64,000 nucleotides of DNA from Felis catus (lineage: Eukaryota). The notes beneath the pieces were generated by a model, which was not told where the DNA came from, did not search any database, and worked only from the letters and a program-made list of their open reading frames with translations. This document shows, one piece after another, positions 52,540-64,000 of this stretch; positions within the stretch are counted from its first letter, which is position 1; the number at the start of each line of letters is the position of its first letter. A program made the position numbers and the translations under genes. The stretch is from NCBI RefSeq assembly GCF_018350175.1, contig NC_058368.1, positions 37,264,001 through 37,328,000 of the forward strand, read 5' to 3'.

Positions 52540-53423
52540 TCAAAGGGTCCCACTTAAAATTTCTTGCAGGGCTGGTTTAGTAGTCATGAACTCCTTTAGT
52601 TTTTGTTTGTCTGGGAAACTCTTTATCTGTCTGTCTATTTTGAATGACAGCCTTGCTGGATAAAGAATTCTATTCTCTCCTCTACATATTTTTCTCACTC
52701 AGCACATTGAGTATATCCTGCCTCTCCCTTCTGGCCTGCCAAGTTTCAGTAGTCAGGTCTGCTGCTAACTTTATGTGTCTTCCCTTATAGGTTAAGAATA
52801 TTTTGTCCCTAGCTGCTTTCAGAATTCTCTCTCTCTCTCTTTATGTTTTACAAGTTGTGGTGTTGACCTATTTTTGTTGATTTTTGAGCAGAGTTCTCTG
52901 GGCCTCTTGACTTGAACACCTGTTTCCTTCCCTCAGATTAGGGAAGTTATCGGCTATAATTTGTTCAAATAAACCTTCTGCCCCCTTTTCCTGTTCCTTT
53001 TCTTCTGGGACTTCTATGAAATGGATATTATTTCATTTTATGAAATCACTAAGTTCTGTAAGTCTCCCCTCATGATCTAATAATTTACTCTCCTTTTTTT
53101 CAGCTTCATTATCTTCCATAATTTTATCTTCTATATCACCTATTCTCAACTCTGCTTCCTCAATCCTCATTGTGACTGTATCCAGTCACTACTGCATCTC
53201 AGTTATAACATTTTTTATTTCAACCTGACTAGTTTTTAGGTCTTTGATCTCTGCATAAGGGTTTCTCTGGTGTCTTCTATGCTTTCTTCAAGCCCTGCTA
53301 TTAGTCTTATGACCTTTACTACAAATTCTTATACAGATATATTGCTTATATCTGTTTTGAGCAAGTTCCTGGCTGTGATGTCTTTTTGGCCTTCTTTTGG
53401 GAAGAATTCTTCCATCTTGTCAT
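52540..53423 (-). pseudogene. Disrupted L1 ORF1 of the host L1
   Basis: Starts gccaaaATGACAAGATGGAAGAATTC (MTRWKNS) and ends GGGACCCTTTGA; lies between the 5'UTR and ORF2. Confidence 0.8.
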
Positions 53424-53514
53424 TTTGGCTAAATTTCTGCCTTTTGCATGTTTTAAAGCTCGTTTTGTTTCCCACACCTGAAAGTACTGCTATATTAAAA
53501 AGGGGTCATACGCT

Positions 53515-56500
53515 AAACCCATATCTTTCAATAATAACACTGAATGTAAATGGACTAAATACTCCAACCAAAAGACACAGGGTATCAGAATGGATAAAAA
53601 ACAAGACCATTCTATTTGCTGTCTACAAGAGACTCACTTTAGACCTTAGGACACCATCAGATTGAAAGTGAGGGGGTGGAGAACTATCTATCATGCTACT
53701 GGAAGTCACAAGAGAGCTGGAGTAGCCATACTTATATCAGACAAACTAGACTTTAAATTAAAGGCTGTAACAAGAGATGAAGAAGGGCATTATATAATAA
53801 TTACAGGGTTTATCCATCAGGAAGAGCTAAAAATTATAAATGTCTATGTGCTGAATATGGGAGCCCCCAAATATATAAAACAATCACAAACATAAGCAAC
53901 CTTATTGATAAGAATGTGATAATTATAGGGGACTTTAATACCCCACTACAACAATGTATAGATCATCTAGACACAAGGTCAATAAAGAAACAAGGGCCCC
54001 AAATGATACATTGGATCAGATGGACTTGACAGATATATTTAGAACAGAATATACTTTCTTCTTGAGTGCACATGGAACATTCTCCAAGATAGATCACATA
54101 CTGGGTCACAAAACAGCCCTTCATAAGTATACAAGAATTGAGATCATACCATGCATACTTTCAGACCACAGTGCTATGAAGCTTGAAATCAACCACAGGA
54201 AAAAGTCTGGAAAACCTCCAAAAGCATGGAGGTAAAAGAACACCCTACTAAAGTATGAATGGGTCAACCCAGGCAATTAGAAGAAATTAAAAAATATATG
54301 GAAACAAAATGAATATACAACAATCCAAATGCTTTGGGATGCAGCGAAGGCAGTCCTGAGAGGAAAATACATTGCAATCCAGGCCTATCTCAAGGAACAA
54401 GAAAAATTCCAAATACAAAACCTAACAGCACACCTAAAGGAAATAGAAGCAGAACAGCAAAGACAGCCTAAACCCAGCAGAAGAAGAGAAATAATAAAGA
54501 TCAGAGCAGAAATAAACAATATAGAATCAAAAAAACTATAGAGCAGATCAATGAAACCAAGAGTTGGTTTTTTGAAAACATAACAAAATGACAAACCTCT
54601 AGCCAGGCTTCTCAGAAAGAAAAGGGAGATGACCCAAATAGATAAAATCATGAATGAAAATGGAATTATGACAAGTAATGCCTCAGAGATACAAGCAATT
54701 ATCAGGGAATACTATGAAAAATTATATGCCAACAAACTGAACAACCTGGAAGAAATGGACAAATTCCTGAACACCCACACACTTCCAAAACTCAAAAAGG
54801 AAGAAATAGAAAACTTTAACAGACACTTAACCTTCATAAAATGAAGAAATTGAATCAGTTTTTAAAAATCTCCCAACAAATAAAAATCCAGGACTGGACG
54901 GCTTCCCAGGGGAATTCTACCAGACATTTAAAGCAGAGATAATACCTATCCTTCTCAAGCTGTTCCAAAAAATAGAAGGGAAGGAAAACTTCCAGACTCA
55001 TTCATGAAGCCAGTATTACTTTGATTCCTAAGGCAGACAGAGACCCAGTAAAAAAAAGAGAACTACAGGCCAATATCCCTGATGAATATGGATGCAAAAA
55101 TTCTCAACAAGATACTAGCAAATCAAATTCAACGGCATATAAAAGAATTATTCACCACCATCATGTGGGATTCATTCCTGGGCTGTAGGGCTGGTTTAAC
55201 ATTTGCAAATCAATCCATGTGATACATCACATTAATAAAAGAAAGGATAAGAACCATATGATCCTGTCAATCGATGCAGAAAAAGCATTTGACAAAATTC
55301 AGCATTCTTTCTTAATAAAAACCCTCGAGAAAGTCGGGATAGAAGGAACATACTTAAACATCCTAAAAGCCATTTATGAAAAGCCCACAGCTAATATCAT
55401 CCTTAATGGGGAAAAACTGAGAGCTTTCCCCCTGAGATCAGGAACACAACAGGGACATCCACTTTCACTGCTGTTGTTTAACATAGTGTTGGAAGTTCTA
55501 GCATCAGCAATCAGACAAAAAAAGGAAATAAAAGCCATCAAAATTAGCAGAGATGAAGTCTAGCTTTCACTTTTTGCAGATGACATGATATTATACATGG
55601 AAAATCTGATAGACTCCACCAAAAGTCTGCTAGAACTGATACATGAAGTCACAGGATACAAAATTAATGAACAGAAATCAGTTACATTCTTATACACTAA
55701 GAATGAACCACTGGAAAGACAAATAAAGAAACTGATCCCATTCACAATTGCACCAAGAATCATAAAATACCTAGGAATAAACCTAACCAAAGATGTAAAA
55801 TATCTGTATGCTGAAAACTATAGAAAGCGTATGAAGGAAATTGAAGAAGATAGAAAGAAATGGAAAAACATTCCATGTTCATGGATTGGAAGAATAAATA
55901 CTGTTAAAATGTCAATGCTACCCACAGCTATCTACACATTCAATGCAACCCCAATCAAAATTGCACCAGCATTCTTCTTGAAGCTAGAACAAGCAACCCT
56001 AAAATTTGTATGGAACCACAAAAGACCCTGAATAGCCAAAGTAATATTGAAGAAGAAGACCAAAGCAGGGGCTTCACAATCCCAGACTTCAGCCTCTACT
56101 ACAAAGCTGTCATCATCAAGACAGCATGGTATTGGCACAGAAACAGGCACATAGACCAATAGAATAGAATAGAGACTCCAGAATTGGACCCAGAAAAGTA
56201 TGGCCAACTAATCTTTGACAAAGTAGGAAAGAATATCCAATAGAAAAAAGCCAGTCTCTTTAACAAATGGTGCTGGGACAACTGGACAGAAATATGCAGA
56301 ACTAGACCACTTTCTCACACCATTCACAAAAATAAACTCAAAATGGTGGAAGGACCTGAATGTGAGACAGGAAGCCATCAAAACCTTAGTGGAGAAAGAA
56401 AGCAAAAACCTCTCTGACCTCAGCCGCAGCAATTTCTTACTTGACACATCTCCAAAGGCATCTCATTAAAAGCAAAAATGAACTATTGGGACCTCATCCA

Positions 56501-57500
56501 GATAAAAGGCTTCTGCACTGCAATGGAAACAATCAACAAAACTGAAAGGCAACCGACGGAATGGGAAAAGATATTTGCAAATGACATATCGGACAAAGGG
56601 CTAGTATCGAAAATATAAAGAACTCACCAAACTCCACACGTGAAAAACAAATAATCCAGTGAAGAAATGGGCAGAAAACATGAATAGACACTTCTCTAAA
56701 GAAGACATCCAGATGGCCAACAGGCATATGAAAAGATGTTCAACCTCACTCCTCATCAGGGAAATACAAATCAAAACCACACTGAGATATCACCTCATGC
56801 CAGTCAGAGTGGCTAAAATGAGCAAATCAGGAGACTATAGATGCTGGAGAGGATGTGGAGAAACGGGAACCCTCTTGCACTGTTGGTGGGAATGCAAAGT
56901 GGTGCAGCCACTCTGGAAAACAGTGTGGAGGTTCCTCAGAAAATTAAAAATAGACCTGCCCTATGACCCAGCAATAGCACTGCTAGGAATTTACCCAAGG
57001 GATACAGGAGTGCTGATGCATAGGGGCACTTGTACCCCGGTGTTTATAGCAGCACTTTCAACAATAGCCAAATTATGGAAAGAGCTTAAATGTCCATCAA
57101 CTGATGAATGGATAAAGAAATTGTGGTTTATATATGGAATACTACATGGCAATGAGGAAGAATAAAATATGGCCTTTTGTAGCAACGTGGATGGAACTGG
57201 AGAGTGTTATGCTAAGTGAAATAAGTCATACAAAGAAAGACAGATACCATATGTTTTCACTCTTATGTGGATCCTGAGAAACTGAACAGAAGACCACGGG
57301 GGAGGGGAGGGGAAGGAAAAAAAAAGTTAGAGAGGGAGGGAGCCAAACCATAAGAGACTCTTAAAAACCGAGAATAAACTGAAGGTTGAGCGGGGGTGGG
57401 AGGGAGGGGAGAGTGGGTGATGGGTATTGAGGAGGGCACCTTTTGGGATGAGCACTGGGTGTTGTATGGAAACCAATTTGACAATAAATTTCATATTAAA
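53515..57500 (+). mobile_element. Younger felid L1 (L1_Fc-like), 5'-truncated at the ORF2 start, nested antisense in the host L1 5'UTR; ORF2 disrupted
   Basis: LNPYLSIITLNVNGLN...; RT motif LFADDMILY at about 55570; felid-type 3'UTR; degenerate TSD aaaaaggggtcatacgct / aaaatgatcatacact. Confidence 0.95.
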
Positions 57501-57964
57501 ATGATCATACACTGTCTAGGGCCTTGAACTTCAGGATGTGTTTCTGGTGTATGCTTTGTTCACTCTGTTATTGCATTTGTGCTGCTGTTTTGCACTGGTT
57601 GGTTCTCTTCAGTCCATTCAGTCCTTGCTTCCAGTGGGGAGTGTTTGAGCCTTTAACTAGTATGCTTTGTTTGTTTGTTTGTTGAAGTAAGCCTGCAAGA
57701 AAAGGGGGAAAGAATAGAAAAACCTGATCCCCTAAAAAGAGAAGAGTAAAGGGAACAAAAAAACCCAAAAGAGAATAAAAAAATATATAAGGCTGATTTC
57801 AAAGAAAAAGAATGGGCAAAAAATGAAGAAAAGAAAAAATAAAGAGGAATGAAAATAAACCTGATCCAAAAAAAGAGAAAAGGAAAGGGAAAACAAAACA
57901 GACAAAAAAAACAAATAACCCCCCCCCAAAAAAAAAACAAACATAAAGCAGGAGTCTGCTTCCA

Positions 57965-58110
57965 AAAGAAGGAAAAAAAAGGAGGGGGAGGAGGAGGAGC
58001 AGGAGGAGGAGGAGGAGGAGGAGGAGGAGGAGGAGAAGAAGAAGAAGAAGGAGGAGGAGGAGGAGGAGGGGGGGGGAGAAGGAGGAGGAGGAGAAAACAG
58101 AGAAAAAAAA
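57965..58110 (+). repeat. (GGA)n/(GAA)n polypurine microsatellite in the L1 5'UTR
   Basis: Read directly; about 140 nt of almost pure purine. Confidence 0.95.
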
Positions 58111-59291
58111 TTAAGCCTGGTCCTATTTCCACCAGAACTGCGGGTATCATTTTGAAGCACTTAATTTTCAGTACATTTGCTGCATGGGGTCTGCTGCCTG
58201 TGCTGGTATTCTGGGGGAAAGGCCCACTGCATTGACTCAGAGTAGGTCGTGCCCCAGTAAATAAGCAGTTGCCAGGCACAGGAGGGTGGTGTTTGGTGCA
58301 AAATTGTCCCACCTCTACTGGGGACCGCTGTACTGCTTTCTGAACTTCCACTGTGTTGCTATTGGAGGGAAAAATGGTGCCACCCCAATCTCTGGTCCCT
58401 GGACCAGGGATTTCAACCCCTGCTATTCAAGCAGCCCTCACAGAGTAGTGAGGCCTTTCAGTGCACCCTGCAACAGAATTCTCCTTTGTTTTTTCTTTGG
58501 TGCACTGCTGGGATTCAAAACCTGAAGTCTTAAAGGACTTGGCACTGCACAGATCTGCTCCCGTTTTGTGTGTAGAACCTCTCCAGCCTGTGTCTAAAGT
58601 CCTTTGTCCCTAGAAATCAGTCCCATGCCCGCACAGTACACAGAATCTATATGGTGTAGCACCACTAAAGGCAAGAAAGTTTCCCTCTGGGTGTGCCTCT
58701 GTCGCCTGCTGATGAAAGGACTTTTGCTGCTGCCTGCAGGGTTTTCGTCCTTGGGGAGACAATATACCATCATCCAAAAGTGCTCCGGGAAAGGAAATGT
58801 TTTCTGCTAGTGCACCCCAAGATTCCTACATCAGGCTATGGACTCCAGGGCCAAAAAATGCTCCCTTCTCCCCAGAGAGTGTGCTCCACAGCTCCACTCA
58901 GAGAAGATCGCACACTTCTAGAACCTCAGAATTTGAGCTCCAAAAGCTCTTTGCAAACAAACAAAAAGAAACCCTGCAACACTCAGTACTTCCTGCTCCA
59001 CACTGTGGTCCAGAGAGGTTTTCCTCTTGTGCGAACTCGATGTCCCACTTTCTCAACCTCTCTCTTTTTCTCCCCCTTTTGTCTCTCCACAGGAAGTGTT
59101 CCCTCCCCTCTGCAGCACCACCATTTTCTCTCCCCTAATTCATTTCCTCATACCTTGTACCTGTCAGGCTGTCTCTCTCCAACCAAGATCCTTTTGCTGC
59201 TCCACAGATCGATTTCTTGGCTGTTCCTAGTGATCTGACTTCATACAGCTATGTTTGAGGGAGGAGGAAAGCCCAGCATCCCCTTACTGGT

Positions 59292-59301
59292 CCGCCATCT
59301 T
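59292..59301 (-). promoter_or_regulatory. YY1 site at the L1 5' end (internal promoter)
   Basis: AAGATGGCGG about 10 nt inside the L1 5' terminus. Confidence 0.8.
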
Positions 59302-59639
59302 AACTCCTCCCCTATTTGCTTTTTATACATTATTTCAACCAATTTCTCTGTACTCAATCCAAACTGTGCAACCACTTTCAAAAACACCTGGTCCTCTTTG
59401 GTACCTGCACTGTTTAAGAGTTTTCCCCAGGGTCAGCTGACTTTTCTCTTTTCCCAGATCTGCTCATTCAGTTGCCACTTCCACTTTTTTTCTGTATCTA
59501 AAATTTTGTATCTATTATTTCCTCTTGGGCTCTCTCTGTCTTTTGATGTTTTTCTCTTAATATTTCTTTCCCTGTCATTGGAGTGCAGTCTCTGGAGAAC
59601 GAGCAATAAAAACTTATGTTTGCTCATATACGCATTATC

Positions 59640-60520
59640 TTTTTAATTCATCCCAATTAAGTTTCCGTCTTTACCACTCCACTTATGCTGCTCTTTTCAT
59701 GGCCCTGCTAATCCAGTGGTCAGCATCCCAGAAAATGTTAACAAAATTGTTTCTTCATTTAGTCTTGAAATACCTTTACCACTTGATTTTCAGAACACCA
59801 TTTTTCCACTCACTTATGGTTTTTCTTCTACTTCAGGGACACATCATCCATATTGGTTTTCTTTGCTAACTCTTATTTTTCTTCTAGGTCTTGATGTACT
59901 GGTGAACCCTAAGGGTTCTAGTCTTAAACTTCTGTTTTCTGTCTTCATTTTATTTAGATAAATACACTTATTTATCATGATTCAAAATTTTTTTAGATGC
60001 ACAACTCCAAGATTTATAGACAGTCCTGACCTCTTCCTTAAGATCCAAAGCTGATCATATTCTTCTCTTTTTTTTTTTAATTTTTTTAACGTTTTATTTA
60101 TTTTTGAGACGGGGAGAGACAGAGCATGAACAGGGGAGGGTCAGAGAGAGGGAGACACAGAATCTGAAATAGGCTCTGTCAGCACAGAGCCCGACGCGGG
60201 GCTCGAACTCATGGACCGCGAGATCATGACCTGAGCTGAAGTCGGCGGCTTAACCGACTGAGCCATCCAGGCACCCCGATCATATTCTTCTCTTATCTGC
60301 TTAGTTGTGTGAAAGGCATCCTCATTTCAACATACTCAAAACACATGTCTTGCTTCTTCAACACCCCAAACATTACGCATGTTCCCTCTTGTAGCATAGT
60401 TAATGACATCACATTCATTAATCATTTGCTTAAATAACTCCTATTGCTTCTCACCATGCTTGTAATAAAACCTAAAGTCTTACCATGACTTACTTTTACC
60501 TTGTTCATCCAGCCACTCCA
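59640..60520 (+). mobile_element. L2 remnant interrupted by a SINE
   Basis: ttaccactccact...ctgctctt; aactccaagatttat...cctgacctct; ggcatcctcatttcaacatactcaaaac L2-like motifs. Confidence 0.5.
60070..60277 (-). mobile_element. SINEC_Fc with a small internal deletion
   Basis: Perfect 17-bp TSD gatcatattcttctctt at 60053-60069 and 60278-60294. Confidence 0.96.
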
Positions 60521-60524
60521 TTCC

Positions 60525-60719
60525 TTTTTTTTTTTAAGTTTCTTTATTTATTTTTGAAAGAGAGAATGAGGTAGAGAGAGCAGGAGACAGAGAATCCCAA
60601 GAAGGTTCTGTGACGTCAGTGCAGAGCCCAATGCAGGGCTCAGTCCCATGAACCGTGAGATCATAACCTGAGTAGAAATGAAGAGTCAGTTGCTCAACTG
60701 ACTGAACCACCCAGGCACC
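60525..60719 (-). mobile_element. CanSINE
   Basis: SINE body; TSD cattccttttt. Confidence 0.9.
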
Positions 60720-61302
60720 ACATTCCTTTTTTAATCTCATGCCATTCTCTTCCCACCTCACCTCACCTTCATTATTTCCTCAGAGACATTCAGTTGAGTG
60801 GCCATAGGGCCTTCCCATTTTCTACTCCTTCTATACAGAGTACTTGAATCATGTCATCACCAGTCCTTTATTTTTACTCATGTGTCAACACAGTACTTCC
60901 TTCATAGTACTTCTCTTCATTCTCCATCTTTTTTTACCCTTTTGGATTTTTCTCATCTCATACCTCATTTTCTCATATTTGTTATCCATCTCAGGATAGT
61001 TTCCTTCATGATCTTCCTTACTCATTTGTTTTCTTTTACAATTTCAGTCTTTTTCCTTATGAATATGTCATACAATGAAGAGAAAAAAACATAGCACTTA
61101 AGGAGATGGTGTTTGATACTGAGTCACCGGCAAGCAAAGAATGGTGTTAATATTAAGATAGTTGCTTAACTTGAGTTTTATTTCCCTCAAAATCCAGCCT
61201 ATTAAGAAAAAAAACACTGATTAATGTTAGTTAATAAGGAGTGATCAGAAGGTTAGTAAATTTGAAAGCATGAGGTCATAGGAGTCAGGAAAGAAATTCT
61301 CA

Positions 61303-61500
61303 GGTGGCTGCCTGGGTGGCAGTTAAGCATTAGATTCTTGATTTGGGCTCAGGTCATGATCCCAGGGTCATGAGATGGAGCCCTCCACCGGGCTCTGCAC
61401 TGAACATGGAGCCTGCTTGGGATTCTCCCTCTCCCTCTGCCCCTCCTCTGCTTGTGTTCATGCACTCTCTCTCAAAGAAAGGAAAAGAAAAAAAAAAAAG
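61303..61500 (+). mobile_element. Older CanSINE
   Basis: ggctcaggtcatgatcccagggtcatgagatggagccc...gagcctgcttgggattctc plus an A tail. Confidence 0.9.
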
Positions 61501-62639
61501 AAAAGAGAATAAAAGAGAAATTTTCAAAAGGAAGACATGTTGCACAAGTGTCAGGTTAAATGTTAAGATGTTAAATTAGGTATTGAGTGAAAAGACCCTC
61601 CTGGAGAATGTCAGAGACAAAAGGAGAACTGAGTTTATTGATTTGGGGGAGGATTTTCTTCATGAAAGAATGTAGAAAGATGATGGGAGTGTATCTGTGA
61701 GAGGGTAGTGTTCTGACTAATTCATTTGATAGTGGAACAACAGTCATCATTTAGGGATAGAGAAATAACTGCTTAGTTTCTTCAGTGGGATGAACCTTAG
61801 TTGCTTGAATTCCATGATAAACATTATAGAATTATATGATATCTTTCTAATAAATTTTAGGTAGCCTCCCTTACATATGCTCCAAACCATTTTTTCCATG
61901 GTACAAATTCCTTCATTATTTGCTTTCAATTCAATTGTGTCTGCTTTGTATTTATTGGCCAAGCATCCTATATTTTGGCATTAGGTTGTCCTTTACATTT
62001 AGTTTTCTGAGTTACGTACTTTGATAATTTTTCTATATATGTGTAGGCACTTCAGTAGGAAGATTACATAGGTGATTATATTCAGAAGCTACATTAAGGC
62101 AGAAGTCTATAAAGACTTTGATAAGGTGTCTTGCATTTTTTGTTCTTGAAGTTCTTCTATTTCAGTTAGAGCATAAAAAATTATGGCATGTATGTTGTTG
62201 AATACGTGTAATATATAAGGCATTATTAGGTGCTTACAAAAAATACTTTTTCATCCATATTTGTGGAGAGTTGACATAAGAGATATCCATTTCACAATAT
62301 TTTTGTGCTTTGGCAAAGTATTTGATAAATACATTGGCAAATATGATGTGATCTATTGTACATTAAAACACTGTAACAAGGGAAGAAGATGTTTAATAGG
62401 GCTTCAGGAGTGATCCTTTTTTGATCTTACATAAAACATTTCCGACCCAACTAATGCATATTGCACTACAGAACAATGCAATCTATTTAGATGAACTATA
62501 AACTAAAGAACTTCATGGAGCCCTTTCTCTTACTCGTGTTGATCAATCTATCTCACATCCCATCTGTTAGGAAAAGAAGTATATATCAGAATTGTAAACA
62601 TAAAGCAATGTATATGTTTCTAAGGTAACTTTTAGCAAA

Positions 62640-64000
62640 ATATATGTTATTCTACCAAGGACTCCACCAAAAAACTATTAGAACTAATAAATGAGTTCAG
62701 GAAAGTTGCAGGATATAATCAACATATAAAAATCACTTACATTTCTATATATCAACCCTAAATTATCTGAAAAAAATAAAACAATGCTATTCACAATAGC
62801 ATCAAAATTAATAAAAGAATAAGTTCAAGCAGATAAAAAGATCTATACACTAAAAAGATTAAGACATTGATGAAAAAATTAAAGAAAACACAATAAAAAT
62901 GAAATAGACTTCATTTTAATGGATTAGCAGAATGACTATTGCTAAAATTTCTCTACTACCCAAAGCCATCTGTTGATTCAACACAATCCCTACCAAAATT
63001 TTAATGGCAAGGCTTACAGAGATAGAAACAACAATCCCAAAATTTGTGTGTAAGTACAAACACTCCAAGTAGCCAAAGCAATCCTGAGAATGAAGAGCAA
63101 ACTAGAGGCATGACATTTCCTGATTTCAAAATGTATTACAAAGCAGTAGTAATCAAAACAATATGGCATTGGCATTTAAACAGGCACATAGATTAATAGA
63201 ACAGAATCAAGAACTCAGAAAAAAATCCTCACATATTTGGTCAATTAATATTTGACAAAAGAGCCAAGAATACTCCGTGAGGACAGGATAGTTTCTTCAA
63301 TAAATGCTGGTAGGATAACTGGATATTCACATGTAAAAGAATGAAACTGAACCCTATCTTAAACCACTCACAAAAATTACTTTGAAATGGACTAGAGATA
63401 TAAATGTAAGAGCTGATACTATAAAACTCCTTAAAAAATAGGGAAAAAAATCCTTAACAGTCTTAGCAACAATATTTTTTAAATGACACCAAAGTAAAAG
63501 CCTTCAGCATAGCAGAGGATATTATCAACAGAATGAAAAGGCAATTAAAGGACTGGAAGAAAGTATTTGCAAACCATAAATATGACAAGAAGTTAATATG
63601 CAAAATACATAAGGAATTCATACAACCCAACAGTAAAAAATCCAAGTACTCCAATTAAAAAATGGTCAGAAGATCTAAACATTTTTCCCAAGAAGACCTA
63701 CAAATTCCCAACAGGTATATGAAAAGATGGTTGACATCACTAATCATCTGAGGGGAAAAAAATCCAAACCACAATGAGATATCCCCTCACATCTGTCAGA
63801 AGGGCAATTATCAAAAAGATAACAGACAACCATTGTTGGCAAGGATGTGATGGAAAAAGAACCCTGGTGCACTGTTGGTGGGAATATAAATTAGTCTAAC
63901 CACTATGAACGCAGTATTGATGTTCCTTAAAAAATTAAGTAGACAATAACCTTCTGTTTTTAGCAATCCCATTTCTGGGTATACATCTATAGGAAATGAG
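62640..64000 (+). mobile_element. Old L1M ORF2 3' half (continues past the window)
   Basis: gactccaccaaaaaactattagaactaataaatgagttcag..., ctgatttcaaaatgtattacaaagc, tgcactgttggtgggaat; colinear with 55600-57000. Confidence 0.9.

Larger units (their letters stand above)
48025..59311 (-). mobile_element. Full-length carnivore L1 (dead), interrupted by a younger antisense L1 and a SINE
   Basis: TSD ctatttgctttt at 48013-48024 and 59312-59323; 5' end GGGGAGGAGTTAAGATGGCGG; ORF1 and ORF2 remnants; 3'UTR and tail at about 48025-48310. Confidence 0.95.

Noticed and set aside
53515..57280. Intact or active L1 ORF2
   Set aside because: Broken into many short ORFs by stops and frameshifts; no promoter or ORF1 of its own
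48025..57500. Twin-priming inversion of a single L1 as the cause of the palindrome
   Set aside because: Both arms have their own 3' ends of different subfamily type, the ORF2 content is duplicated rather than partitioned, and each element has its own TSD
57653..58351. 232-aa proline-rich ORF and the overlapping poly-Gly/Ser ORFs
   Set aside because: Produced by (CCT)n/(GGA)n and T-rich low complexity inside an L1 5'UTR; no gene-like features
1..64000. CRISPR arrays, operons, rRNA, NUMT or ERV internal (gag/pol/env) sequence
   Set aside because: None seen; the DNA is mammalian and the LTRs with resolvable ends are solo

Overview
Mammalian nuclear DNA from a feliform carnivore, most likely a felid (many tRNA-derived CanSINE/SINEC_Fc copies and a felid-type L1 3' end). 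It is AT-rich and dominated by repeats: about 22 SINEs, a dense cluster of solo ERV LTRs in the first ~21.5 kb, old MLT/MER/MIR/L2 remnants, an internally deleted L1 with both ends at 22.6-27.4 kb, and a full-length minus-strand L1 (48.0-59.3 kb, with TSD and YY1 site) carrying a younger antisense L1 in its 5'UTR. That nesting creates a ~9.5 kb quasi-palindrome. I recognise no protein-coding gene. Most track ORFs are repeat-derived or chance. A few unique blocks look constrained: a near-perfect CTCF motif at 5.8 kb, a candidate minus-strand exon plus 3'UTR at 18.2-18.7 kb, an enhancer-like motif cluster at 19.8-20.2 kb, and a CpG-enriched block at 44.1-44.4 kb. I see no evidence of a new biological system. 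Repeat family names come from recalled consensus sequences and need RepeatMasker/Dfam confirmation; boundaries without a quoted TSD are approximate.
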